The notes under the pieces were generated by a model. The model did no database searches. It saw only the letters and a list, made by a program, of their open reading frames with translations, and had not been told where the DNA came from. Both the position numbers and the translations under genes were made by a program. A stretch of 64,000 bases of DNA from Thalia democratica. Its lineage: Eukaryota. This document shows, one piece after another, positions 51,766 through 63,662 of the stretch (positions are counted from its first letter, which is position 1; each line of letters begins with the position of its first letter). Location: positions 8,680,001-8,744,000 of the forward strand of contig OZ241829.1 in the NCBI GenBank assembly GCA_965202585.1. The letters are read 5' to 3'.

Positions 51766-54700
51766 CAGGGGTCGGCAGGCAGTTGGTGGTCGCGGGCCAA
51801 ATTTCAAGTTTACAAAGTCTTCGCGGGCCGCAGTTTTAGTTTTAGTGACATTTGAATAATCTTTTTGTTTTAGTTTTAGTCACACTAGAGAAAATGACTT
51901 TTTAAAGTCATTTTAAATGACTTTTAGCTATACATTGAATGACTATTTAAATTAAATAAAATTAAATTTGAATAAAATTTACATTGACTAATATACTTAT
52001 GTCTTAATAAACTATGTACGTTCATGAGAACTTAATAAGTTAATTTTAATACTTTGTAATTTTACATACAATTTAACTCTCTATAAAAACAAAACTTGAA
52101 AGACAATTTATTAGTTACTTTTATATATTTGTTATATTATCAACCCCTTTTTTCATATATTTCTAAGAATATTAACTTCAAAAAAAAAGTTTTTGCGTGT
52201 TAAATAGTTTACATTCAATAAAATATTTAGTAATTAGATAATTTAATAAAATTAATACCTGTTTGTATTATAGAAAGCTAGAACAAATTCTTTAACATAA
52301 TTAATTTTCGAATACTTAAATAAAATATCTTATTAGTAACTAGTTTTTTACATGGTTGTCACTTAAAAAGCAAAAATGTCTGAGTAGTATCAAACCAGCC
52401 TAAGTTCATTAAAAGTTTAAAAAGCTAGTAAATCGTTGTATATCAAGCTTAAGTACCTAGTAAGAATATCATCATCATTAAAAAGTACATAAAGTGTAAA
52501 AAAACAAGAAAAAACTACAATTAGTAAATTACACTACAGTCATAAAAACTTCTGGGAATTCTAAGATTTCTTTAAAGTGTTTGAAATAAAAATGTTTCAC
52601 ACACATCTGAGTATTCAAGCTTTTAAAATAGCCTGTTTGTGTAGCAACCCAGTTAAAACAAAGATCACAACATAAAGAAATAACGAAACTTATTAACAGT
52701 AAACAAATTACATGCCAAAAAAATATAAGTCAGCTGGAATGGACAATTAACTTCCTTAAACGTTTTTAAAAAACAAAACTTTATTGAATTATAGCGAAGA
52801 GAAAAACTAATTTTTTATTAAGCATTACAGCAATTCTTTATCTGCAAATAGAATAAAGCATTTAAAAATATTAGTTGTAAAATAAAAGACGAGCAACAAA
52901 AATAAAAATAAAACGTTAGTTAGGAGTTATTGCGAGAAACGATAGAAAAACAAATCACCAAAGTCAGTTCCAACAAAGCACATGAATATCTTCAGTAACT
53001 ACAGAATTATCAGAAAAAAGTTGTTAAGGCAAGTTATAAAGTAGCAAAATCTATTGTTAAAAATGAGATAACGTTTATAATTGAAAACTTTTTTAAAGAA
53101 TTTTTGTTGGCAGTAATGAAAAACTTTTGTTTATTTCTTCAATGACAAAAAAAAGTCCTAACTAGGAAATGCATTAAGGTTAAATGCATTAAAGTCGCAT
53201 AAATCAAATTATGACTTTAATCAATATGTTAAAATGAGAGCACTGATAAAAAAACTATTGCTCATCTGAGAATTTTTATTAGAGATGTTTTTTTAACTTT
53301 GACACTTTAGTATAATTTCTTGGTTTAGTTCAAACACGAAGCACAACAATCGGTAAAATTTTACAAGTAAAGGTGCAATGCACCAAAAGTTTTTAGAAGT
53401 ACAATTCCTTCTTTTATTTTTAGAATAAAGTTTAATTAAAGTTTAAAAAGTGTTTTATAAAGTATATCAATATTAAAAAACACTGTTAAGCTACTTTATT
53501 ATATTTTTTGTTAAAGAATGTTTATTTGCTAATTTTTTTGTGTCAAATCGTAATTTCACTACTTTACATGAAAAATTGTTTGAAACTCCAGGCTTTTTCA
53601 AAAATTCTCAAATTCAAGTCTTTTTCTAAAATTTTAAGCATAAATTTTCAAGTTTAAAGTTTTTTCGAGATTCATGTTTTTTGGTAACACTGATTGTTAA
53701 CACTTAAATGTACACAATAATATAAATAATATTCTGAATTATATCAGCTGCAAGTCTTAAAGTTTAACATACATTATAACTGAAACTAACACTTTGGGTT
53801 GAGCAAAACTTACATCAAAAAAGCCAGCCTGAGTTAACAAAAACATTCCTGATATTTTTGTATACAAAAAACAATTCTAGCCAAAAACTTATAAAATGAC
53901 TTAGTTGGCCTGAGATTTGAAGTCTTCAAATAGTGATAGTCTGAGTGTGTGTCAATGTTTATAAACCACCCCTAGTCTAGTTTATATTAAATAGGTAGCT
54001 CCAAAAAACAGCAAATGTGTGTATTGATATGCAAAGCATAAAAGTTAACTTAGTTTGAAAAAATAAATGTTTGAAAAATGAAAATGTATACCTAACAAAA
54101 ACTATATTAGTTTATGTCATATATACTGTTTTAAATATGTCTGTACAAAATTAGATATTACATGTAGAAAAAACAAACTTAGAAAATTATGTATAAACTA
54201 AACTTAAACTAACTTAAGTATTTTATAAATAGTGGTTTAAAATATGAGCATCTTTTTAAGTTGGAGTGCATATAAATTAATTTAAGTGCAAAGAAAACTT
54301 CTAAAAAATTAAAATGTGTCAAAACAAAACTTAAATAAACCTTTTTTTTTATTACTTTGTTATTTCAAATGTTTTTACACTAAAACATTACATTTACAAA
54401 TAAAAAATACATAAAAGAAATTTAGGTATAAAAAATATTGAAAAGAATATCTAAGCTATAAAGAAATGACACTTTAGTTAATTACTGTGCATTACTTTTG
54501 TACAAAATGGAAAACATTTGCATTTAGTTTATTTAATAAATAGGTATAACATAACTAACTTATAAAATTCAAGCACTCTTTAAACCCTTTTTTCAGATAA
54601 CTACTTGCTGTTGTAAGAAGAAGTTATTATAAAACTCAAAAAAATGTCCTGTTAGAATGCTAATCTGTCTTATTCACATGTTTAAACTAAAGTAGTAACT

Positions 54701-54927
54701 TCTTCTAATTATTTTTAAATGTTATACAGAGACTTAAAACCAAACTAATCAAATTAAATCGAATTACCGAAAAAAATTTTACTTGAAATATATTTTTGAT
54801 CAGCGGGCCACTTTTACATGCTCGCGGGCAACAAAATTTTCTTTCGCGGGTCGCATTCCATTCAAAAAAATAACGTGCTCGCGGGCCGCAGATTTACCCT
54901 TCGCGGGCCGCAGTTTGCCGACCCCTG
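51766..54927 (+). mobile_element. Decayed hAT-superfamily (Charlie-like) DNA transposon, non-autonomous
   Basis: TIRs CAGGGGTCGGCA at 51766 and TGCCGACCCCTG ending at 54927. Perfect 8-bp TSD CTCTAGTA (51758-51765 and 54928-54935). Subterminal TCGCGGGCC repeats at both ends. Internal fragment 53023-53130 reads VKASYKVAKSIVKNEITFIIENFFKEFLLAVMKNFC, resembling the ASYKVA..IAK..KPF..GE.IKE motif of Charlie/GTF2IRD2-type transposases; the surrounding frames are broken. Confidence 0.93.
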
Positions 54928-55507
54928 CTCTAGTATAAAGATAAAAACATTTGGCCCGCAGTTTAAATCTGGCCCGAATCCAGAAGTTTCTGGCCCGTAA
55001 AACATTTCTATTTTAATGACATTTGTGTACAACGAATAAAATTGATCATATATGCAAATAAGCTCTGTATTTTCTTTTTAACTATTTAGTTTACCACTTT
55101 ATTACAGTCATGTTTTTAAAGATTTTTTTTTCTAAACTACCTTATGAAAAAAAAAAATATCTTTTTCTAGCTGACGAGTATATAATTTCTAAGACGGTAA
55201 AAAGAAAATTTAAGATTCGTGTGAAGAGTACTAGTTGTAACAAAAATTATAATTTCTGTATAAAACATATCTTACATACTTAATTACAAGTATAGTGTAT
55301 ACTGTATAGAAAACTACAACACTTTAGAAAGTTCATATTTTAAAAAATATATTTTATACTCAAAGGCTGCACTAAAGAACATAAACAAACTAAATTAAAG
55401 TTTGTAAACTTAAAACTTATGCAAGAAAATGAAATTGTTCTAGAAATTTCTAAAAGGTAAAAACTATTTAAAAGCATTATAAAAGTCAATGTTAATGCAT
55501 TTGTTCA

Positions 55508-55812
55508 CGTTAGTGTTGTTGAAATTCTTCTCACAACACAAGCAGCTTGCTGGAAGTTACCGGCGGACTTTCTATTGTAGCCCTTATAAATATTAAAGAT
55601 TTTTTTCATTCTTATTACACACTAAAAAGAAAATGAAACGCTTTTATAAAACCAATTTATAATTTTTTTAAATTCAAAGTTATAATATTGTAACTGTTAA
55701 AACTACAAAACTTTTTTTTTGCATTTAAAATATTAACAAAACATACAAAATCCAATTTAAAACTGTAAAAGATTACTAACATCAAGTTGTTGGCGTCTTA
55801 ATGATCTTCTCG
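55508..55812 (-). pseudogene. Remnant third copy of the 3' end (stop region and 3' UTR) of the Groucho-derived gene family
   Basis: Near-identical direct repeat of 57753-58046, including CGA GAA GAT CAT TAA (versus CGA GAA GAA CAT TAA) on the minus strand. Similarity ends just upstream of the stop. Confidence 0.85.
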
Positions 55813-57235
55813 TCTTAATCTATTTTGCTGTTGAAAGCTGATTTCTTTTAGAAAGTAATGCCATCAACTATTGTTAATAAAAGTGTTTAAAGAATTATAA
55901 GGTTTTTTGCGCAGTTTGATATTTAAATATTTAATTCTTACCAATTAAACCTAAAATTTATACGGTGAACATATACTTATAAGATTCAAAAAATTTTATG
56001 TGTTTTTTTTTTGTTACAACCAAAACATGAGCATGTATAAAAAATAGAAATTTTTATTGTTATTACTTAAGTATACTTGAACTTCATAAACCTTTTTTCA
56101 ACGAAAAAACGAATTTTATGTTATTTGAAAATCAATAATGAAAACTATAAAGAAAATTTAAAACTGTACTTTAAACCAATAAAGATTAGACTGGTTTTGT
56201 AAAAATTCTTTTTGAGTTTAACAAAGAATAGATCATTATTTTGTCCATTTAATTCAAAATATATGGTACAAATTGATAAAAGTTTTTGAATATTTATAAA
56301 CAAATTTTATAAAACGGAAAACAAGTATAATTTATTCACTTTTTATTTACCAAGTTTCAAATAATTCAAGTAGCTAAAAGCAAAACTAAACTGACAATTT
56401 TAAAGATAAATCTATTTAATTTTTTATAACTAAATATTATTTGATTAAAAAAGGGTTCAAGTACTTTTTTCTATTAGACTATTATTTTAAAACTATATTT
56501 AAAAAAAAAGAGTTCTACTTGAAAATAACAATTTTAGAAAAGGTACAAATAATACTTTTATAACCTAAGTTTTTTTAATCTTAATTAATTAATTCAAGTC
56601 GGTGAGAATTGCAGTTTAAAGTAATAAATTAATTTAGAATGTTTTTTCTTATAAAACCTTTTAAAACTACTAAAATGCAAACAATCTTAAACCAATATCA
56701 AAACTATAAATAGCATATTTTTTAAACTTAGCTTTATGCACGAAAAACCTTCATGATAACCATGTCGTAACACTTAATTAATTTTTAAACTAAAAACTTA
56801 TGTAAATCATTTTGATACGCTTTAGATTTACTAAAGGGAATATGGAATGTTACATTTCGTATACGAAACGGTCGCCTTAATCTTTTTGCAGATTGTATTT
56901 AGCTCTAATTTAACTTGTCGAGCGCTACCGTCCAGAACTTTTTCTAAAACTATAAATATATATATATATATATATACATACATAACATTTTTTGTTTAAA
57001 TTATAAATCTATTACATTTAATCAAAACAGCAACCTAACCGCTAAAATGAAATAAAAAATAATTTAACTAGTTTATTACTAGAACAATATTTTTTTCTAA
57101 AAAACGAACTTAATATTAAGACTTCATTTCAGTTAAACAACAACTATTAACATGGACGATATAAGTTTTTTTACTCGCTACTACTTGTAAAAGGTACTAC
57201 TACTTACCCTAGATTATACTTTTTAGTCAACTAGT

Positions 57236-57404
57236 TCAATACAAGTCAGAAACATTACTACGCATCATGCACTTGTTGAGGTCTTCAAACCAAGTATTTG
57301 TACAAGTTTTGCAAAAATAATGGCTGACATGAGAGTCCAGACGGACCATTTTAATACTAAATATTAATGTTTTTAATGCAAACCACATATTTCTTTCCTA
57401 CCAT
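57236..57404 (-). pseudogene. Degenerate RING-finger pseudogene fragment, paralogue of 63198-63662
   Basis: The minus strand reads VGKKYVVCIKNINI(frameshift/TAG)...MVRLDSHVSHYFCKTCTNTWFEDLNKCMMR versus intact VGEQCVVCLDDLKIGTRMVRLDCHVTHCLCKTCTDAWFKDHSKCPLC. Three Zn ligands are lost (C>Y, C>S, C>R). Confidence 0.85.
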
Positions 57405-58031
57405 ATTGTAATAGAATATACATTATTTAACTATAACTCAGTTTAAGTAAAAATAAAAAGAGCTTGTTCCAAATAAAATTTTTTTCATATAATAATTTTG
57501 TTTCAAACTACTAACTATGTAATTAAACTAATTTATTTATAATAATTAGGAAGTATATTTTGCTATTATGTTATTTTAGCTTTAATAATTCAATTTTTTT
57601 TATTCAAACTACACACATTTAATAAAACTAACAATTTTTTTTAATATTCATAAACAAGTTTTCTAATTTTTCAAAATTGTTTATCAAGCAAAGTTAGCAA
57701 AACATAATAAAAAATGTTATACTTTAATCTGAAAAAGAAGTAAAGTCAGGCTCGTTAGTCTTGTTAAAATTCGTCTCACAACACAAGCAGCTTGCTGGAA
57801 GTTACCGGTGGACTTTCTATTGTGGCCCTTAAAAATATTAAAGAGATTTTATTACCAAACTAAAAAGAAAATGAAACGCTTTTATAAAACCAATTTATAA
57901 TTTTTATAAATTCAAAGTTATAATATTGTAACTGTTAAAACTACAAAACTTTTTTTTTTGCATTTAAAATATTAACAAAACATACAAAATGCAATTTAAA
58001 ACTAGATTACTAACATCAAGTTGTTGGCGTC

Positions 58032-61000
58032 TTAATGTTCTTCTCGTTCCGAATCATTTTCAACGTGTTGCTCGGGCTGAGTTGATTCATCGCTGCTCCT
58101 CTGCTGTGACGCCATGCTGCCCTGTTGCAGTTGTGACGTCATAACCATCGGTTGGGGGATCTTTGCAGTCATTTCTTGTATCTTGTGGACATGTGACGTC
58201 GAATTGGAAGGAAGCGGCAGTTTTGATGTCGTAGCTTGTGACGTCATAGCGCTGAGTTCTCCTACCAGATTCTTAGTTTGTCGAACTCTAGCTTGTTTGT
58301 CAAAATTGGCTCTTTTCAAGGTTTCCTTTTTCCGACCTGATTATAAAAATCGATCATAAAACATTTCAGAATCTTATTTAATCTAACAAAAATAACAAAA
58401 AATCAAATTACGTGCTTTTAAACAATTGCCTAAAAACATTTAATAAACTCTATAGAGTAAAGTTTTAATTTTAAGTACGTAGCTTTTTATGATACAGAAC
58501 TTTTTTAAATTGGTAGTTACACTTTTTAACTTCAGTGTACTTACAAACTGAGTTTACTTATTTTAATTATTTTATATAGCAGTTTTTAAAATTTACAAAA
58601 ACTTTATTAAGTACTAACCCTTATTTGAAAAAAGTTTAGTTTTTTGACCATCGGATTGTTCTTGATTTTCATTTAGTTGCTGTACACTGCTGTTTGTAGT
58701 AGTCGTTTTTTTGCTTAAGTAAAGAACTCAATAAAATAAATTTATAAATTCTAACTGACTTTAACCCAATTTTTAGTTGATCAAGTTAATAATAACATCT
58801 CAAACTGTCTGGGTAATAATATATTACATTTTTTAACTAACTAGTACTAAAGAGTTTTAATTATTATCTTTAGTAACAGCAAAGTGTGCAAAAAATATTA
58901 TAGTACAACGCTTAAACTTTTTTCAATATTTAATGCAAATTAGTTTTGAAACCTGTTTGAATTTTCACTGCTAGAAGCAGCATTAAACCCGAAGCTCTCC
59001 TTAACAACTATTTCGTTTTCACTGCAGTTTTCAATACTATGTTGTTGCACGGTAGCTTGAAACTGTCATTAAGCATATAAAATAAACAAATACAACAAAA
59101 CAACTTATTTGTATAACATACACATGTTTTGTACATTTAAAAATTTGTATGTACTAAAAACTAATTTAACTTCGTACATTAAGATAAAACTTGAATTAAT
59201 AACTTAAAAAGAGTATAAAACGTCAATTTCTTATACTTCTAATTACTGAATTTATTCTTTAAGAATATATTTTTACAAACGAAGTATCGGTAAACAATTC
59301 TTATTCAAATAGAATTCTAAATGAATAAGAATTATTTAAGTACTGACGATGTCTTTGACCAAATCTTAGTTTGTAAAATAAATTCTTGAAAGAATAAATT
59401 TATTTTTTTTCTCCAGTAGTTGAGATCTCTTTATTTGTTTTCTTAAAACTAAAACATATAATAGTTCTTATTACATTAAAGTTTAAAAAAATCAATATTA
59501 TTTCTTATTTTCAGTTGACTTTTAAATTTTTTGGTGGTACAAATAACCTTGTTTTTAAATTCTAGGACAAGTTTAACATGACTAGTTTAGGCCATCTAAA
59601 AAAGAATCATTACTTGCAACTCGCAAAGTGAAAAAAAATATTTAGAGTGAACATTCAAATCTATATACTAAATATAATCAAGACAGTTAGTTTGAATATT
59701 TGGAAGCTATTACTTATTTAACATTTAGATTTTTTTCAAAAAGATTATTCAATGTAAAACGAAAAAATAAAGACTTCAAATTGTGATTGGATATTAAACG
59801 TATTTTTATGGCATTGTGTAGAGTTAATTAGAAAAAATTATCTTAACTAGTATAAATTTTAGTGCTTAAAATTAATTAAATTACCAACTTGGTTTTCATT
59901 CATTTTTAGCTTCTTTGAATTTTCCACATCATGCATGGTATGATCGATCCCAGTTCCAGTCACATTTTCATGTTGTGTCGGATATCTGCTAGTACTATAG
60001 TTTGCAGTGAGGTTGTCGTTACTGACGTTTTCAGCATTCTGGTTGTAACTAGAATGTACTAAGTTACTGTTACTACTAGCATGAGCAGTGCTGGTATTTG
60101 TGCTGAAATGCGCACTCTTAACATTTCGATTTGTTGCTTGCTCTGGTCGAGGTGCTTTAGACTTTACTTCATTCAATAGTGCACTATTCTGTAAAAATTA
60201 TCCACTTTTCAGGTAGTTTGAATAATGGTTTAGAATCAGGTAGTTTGTAAGTACACTGAATAACGTCAAGCTTTGATAACAACCTAATTAGATTTACCCT
60301 GTTGGAATTAAAAAAAACAATAATAAATTTTTGAAAAAACAACGCTTCCATATGTCAAACTTCTACATTGTTTATTTAAATTAGTTTTAAACCAACTTTA
60401 AAACTAAATCTAAATCAAAACTTCATTTTTTTCAATTTGAAATATTATAATTAAAAATATAATAAACTCACTTATAATCTGATAGACTAACCCGCTTGAT
60501 TTTAGATTTTCTTGGGGCTTTAGCGAATAAACTGCTCGGACCTGTTAATTGAATAGTAAGATAATGCAGACAAAAATTAAAAACAAAAAACACTTAAAAT
60601 ATATTGTTTAAGGCTAACAACGTTCTATATTTACAAATTGTTACTGTAAAGTCTTATTTTTAAGTTTTAAACTTTGTACAAAAACTTAAAAAAGTTTTTT
60701 AAAAACCGTGGAAGCAAACTATTAAAAAAAAATTGAGTTTTGTTTTATTCAAATTTTTGTTGACCTGAACTTATGACTTAGTTTTCATAAAATAATAAAT
60801 AAAAAGTTAGAAAAAAAGTGCTAAAAATAAAAAATACATATATTCATTAAAAATAATAGATAAAAATATCATTAAGCCTTTTAAAAAAATTAAAAACCTG
60901 TATGCTTTTCACTAGTTCTTTAAAGCTAGTATAGGTTAATAATAAAGCAAGTTTTGAGACAATACGAAATTTTTTAATAAAGTTAAAACTACCTAAAATA

Positions 61001-61197
61001 ATACAAAGTATAGTTATCTATAAATTATACAAAACAGTTGACCTGATTGATTTGTGACTTGCTGATCTACGTACGGGTAATTTGGTGGAATGTGTTGACC
61101 ATGATTTGGATCTTGTGCATACGCATTTGTTTTTGATGTCGAGGGTCGATTATTTGTACTTGGTTGAAGATGAAATATGTTACTTTGGAGATATATA
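58032..61197 (-). CDS. Inverted paralogue of the 3' half of gene A ('gene B'); 5' end unresolved
   Basis: Exons on -: about 61197-61043, 60541-60492, 60188-59889, 59062-58953, 58713-58619, 58336-58032. Phases (1,0,0,2,1) are the same as in gene A and the peptides are homologous: NAYAQDPNHGQHIPPNYPYVDQQ vs NAYTQNVNHDHHFTLNHPYVDQQ; SSYNQNAEN.SNDNLTA; HTMHDVENS; MVMTSQ; V.NDS.REEH*. Includes ORF-track entries 59859-60176 and 58032-58319. Confidence 0.8.
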
Positions 61198-63197
61198 CTT
61201 TACTAAATAGGGCTGATCTATGATTTTTTAGCAGAACTGTCTAAATTCCAATTATAAAAATGTCAAATACTTTATCGTTTTTTGTTTATTTCAATTTTAA
61301 ATTTACTAGAAAGTGTATGTTTTTAAATGGTAGATTGTTTTTCTAATGATAAGATCATAGCCACAACGGTGACTATGTTTTAAATGATTTGCTTATGTAA
61401 CCAATAAAAGTTAAATTTACCTAATTTTCTTATTATAAGCTAACAAGCATAGTAGAAAATTAAAATTTTGTTGAACACTTTTTGATACTCATAACAATTT
61501 AAGTTATTAACAAATACTGTACGTTAGTTAAGATAAAATTATGTTCTCTGATAGTTAATGTTTTTTTTTATGTTTATATTAAATGCCAGTTATTTTAAAG
61601 TTATTTTCAAAATGTTACAAAAAAAAACCGAATTTTCAGTCCATCCGCCTTGTACTGCAGCTACGTCTGAACAAAAATTAAATTAACTCATATCTTAATT
61701 TAAAAACAAAATTTTACTTTACCTAAATTCAAGAAAGTATGAGCATTTATAGTAAACGTAATAACGTTTTAACTCATTAAGAAAGCACGTTTTATAACCT
61801 ACTTAAGTAAGCAAGTATCTTTAAGCAGGGTTGCTGAAGTTCCAAAAACAAAATTTCTGAATACTTAATAAATTTTTGTTTGATTCAAGCAAAAACTTGA
61901 TTTGACTATATAAATGACGATTTTGTAGCAACTATGCTGCTATACGGAAAAAAATTAATTTGAATTTAAAATTAGAGTTAACAGTAAAACCATTTAGTAT
62001 AAAGCTATAATGAATTAATCAATACCTAAAGTGTTAAGTACTTTGTTACTAAAGAACCTATTAATTTTTTGAATTAATTAATTAATTCAAAGAACCTAAT
62101 TAATTTGAAATGGTTTTGATTCATGATCACGATGTAAAATAAAATGAATAAAATTCAACTAAGGTCATAATGTTAGATCATAATAACTATAACTGAGTGA
62201 AATTGATGTTCTTTTTAAAACTTTATAGGCTAGGTGTCAGATCGGCAGTTTCCAGCATGTAGGCTATGATCCAACAATTAAATATATTTTCACTTAAATA
62301 TAATTACGTCACGAATGGAAAACAAAACGAGTAGAAAAATCACAGGACTTAAATAGATATTGGGTATTCAAGTACAAACTGAAATTTTATTCATGATTGT
62401 TTAGATTAGAACAATGCTTATGTACAGGTTCCTACCAAAAGAACCAGTGTTTTAGTAAAATAGCACAGTTAAAGTATTTTGAGTAAAAAAGAATTTGATA
62501 GTTTTTAATAAAACAAATTCTAAAATTTAGTGATCTTCTATTTTTGTAATAGCATTAGTCTATTAACTAAAACATTATCAGTACTATTATAGTTGAAAGT
62601 AAAAACTTTAATTATTATTTTGGTAGTTTAAAATTAAATTTTTGTCAGTAAAATTTTTTACAAGTTCTTGTAACTCTAATGATTATTGCATAATTTAAGT
62701 TTCCAATTGTTAAAGATCGCTTGAAATTATTGATCTATTGGACCTATAATCCTATTTATTAAGTGAATCGTAATGAAAAAGAGTTCTTAAAAATATAAAT
62801 TAGGTAGATCACTAGTTTTTTAGATTATTGTAAAAATGGATGAGCTTGGAAGTTCTTTACATATAAATATACGAATTGCTACATACCGCAAGGTTTTTAA
62901 ACTATGTTTATATTTTCAAACAAAAAAAAGTTTAAAACATTTAATAAGAAAAGTAGTTAACTGTACCTTTGTGTAAATAAAAGTATTCATCGTGCTACAT
63001 GTCAAATTTTTTTGTATGTTAAAATAAGTAAGTTATTCATATGTAATAATAAAGTTAATGTTTCATATACTTTATATCTTTTATATTAACTATAACATTT
63101 TACTTAACAAAACAAAACGTATTCACAATTCACAGTTTATTAATTGTTGCAAGAAAAGCACTGTCACCAATATTCTATATTACTGTTAAACCGGTTT

Positions 63198-63662
63198 CTA
63201 GTTGAAAACATGATTGCATAAAGGACATTTGCTGTGATCTTTAAACCAAGCGTCTGTACATGTTTTGCACAAACAATGGGTGACATGACAGTCCAGACGA
63301 ACCATTCTCGTGCCAATTTTCAGGTCATCAAGGCAAACCACGCATTGCTCGCCCACCAACGATTCGTCTGCAGCGAAGTGTTCAAATCTACCAATTCTTT
63401 CGGGTGTCAGTCCACTAACAGGTTGTTGCGTTCTCCTTCTCTGCTGCGCATTGCGTCGTACATGTTCTATATCTTGTTGCGTTCTCTCTTGCTCCATCTG
63501 CCGCCTAATACGTTGTAAATGTTGTATATTGCGTTGCCTTTCCTCTCTCACCTGCGTGAATCGTCGTAGAAGTGCATCAGCTCGTTCGAGTAGATCTACG
63601 TGTTCATCAACTTGCTGCTGATCAGCATCTTCGTCGACATGATCAGGATTGAGTTGGTCCAT
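63198..63662 (-). CDS. Intronless RING-finger protein (putative E3 ubiquitin ligase), 154 aa
   Basis: C-terminal C-x2-C-x14-C-x3-H-x2-C-x2-C-x3-W-x6-C-P-x-C motif (CVVC...CHVTHCLCKTC..AWF...KCPLC), preceded by an acidic N-terminus and a Q/R/E-rich coiled-coil-like segment. ATG to TAG is uninterrupted. Confidence 0.92.
   Translation of the reverse strand: MDQLNPDHVDEDADQQQVDEHVDLLERADALLRRFTQVREERQRNIQHLQRIRRQMEQERTQQDIEHVRRNAQQRRRTQQPVSGLTPERIGRFEHFAADESLVGEQCVVCLDDLKIGTRMVRLDCHVTHCLCKTCTDAWFKDHSKCPLCNHVFN

Noticed and set aside
50121-58359. ORFs 50121-50330 (-) and 58114-58359 (+), Cys-rich and similar to each other
   Set aside because: Antisense frames of the paralogous last exons of genes A and B; the similarity is inherited from the sense strand.
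61198-62300. Possible extra 5' exons of gene B (e.g. 61666-61629, 61239-61198)
   Set aside because: Splice phases could not be reconciled with the downstream frame and there is no similarity to the Q-domain exons.
63234-63621. Plus-strand ORFs 63234-63518 and 63310-63621 (Cys-rich)
   Set aside because: Shadows of the RING gene on the opposite strand.
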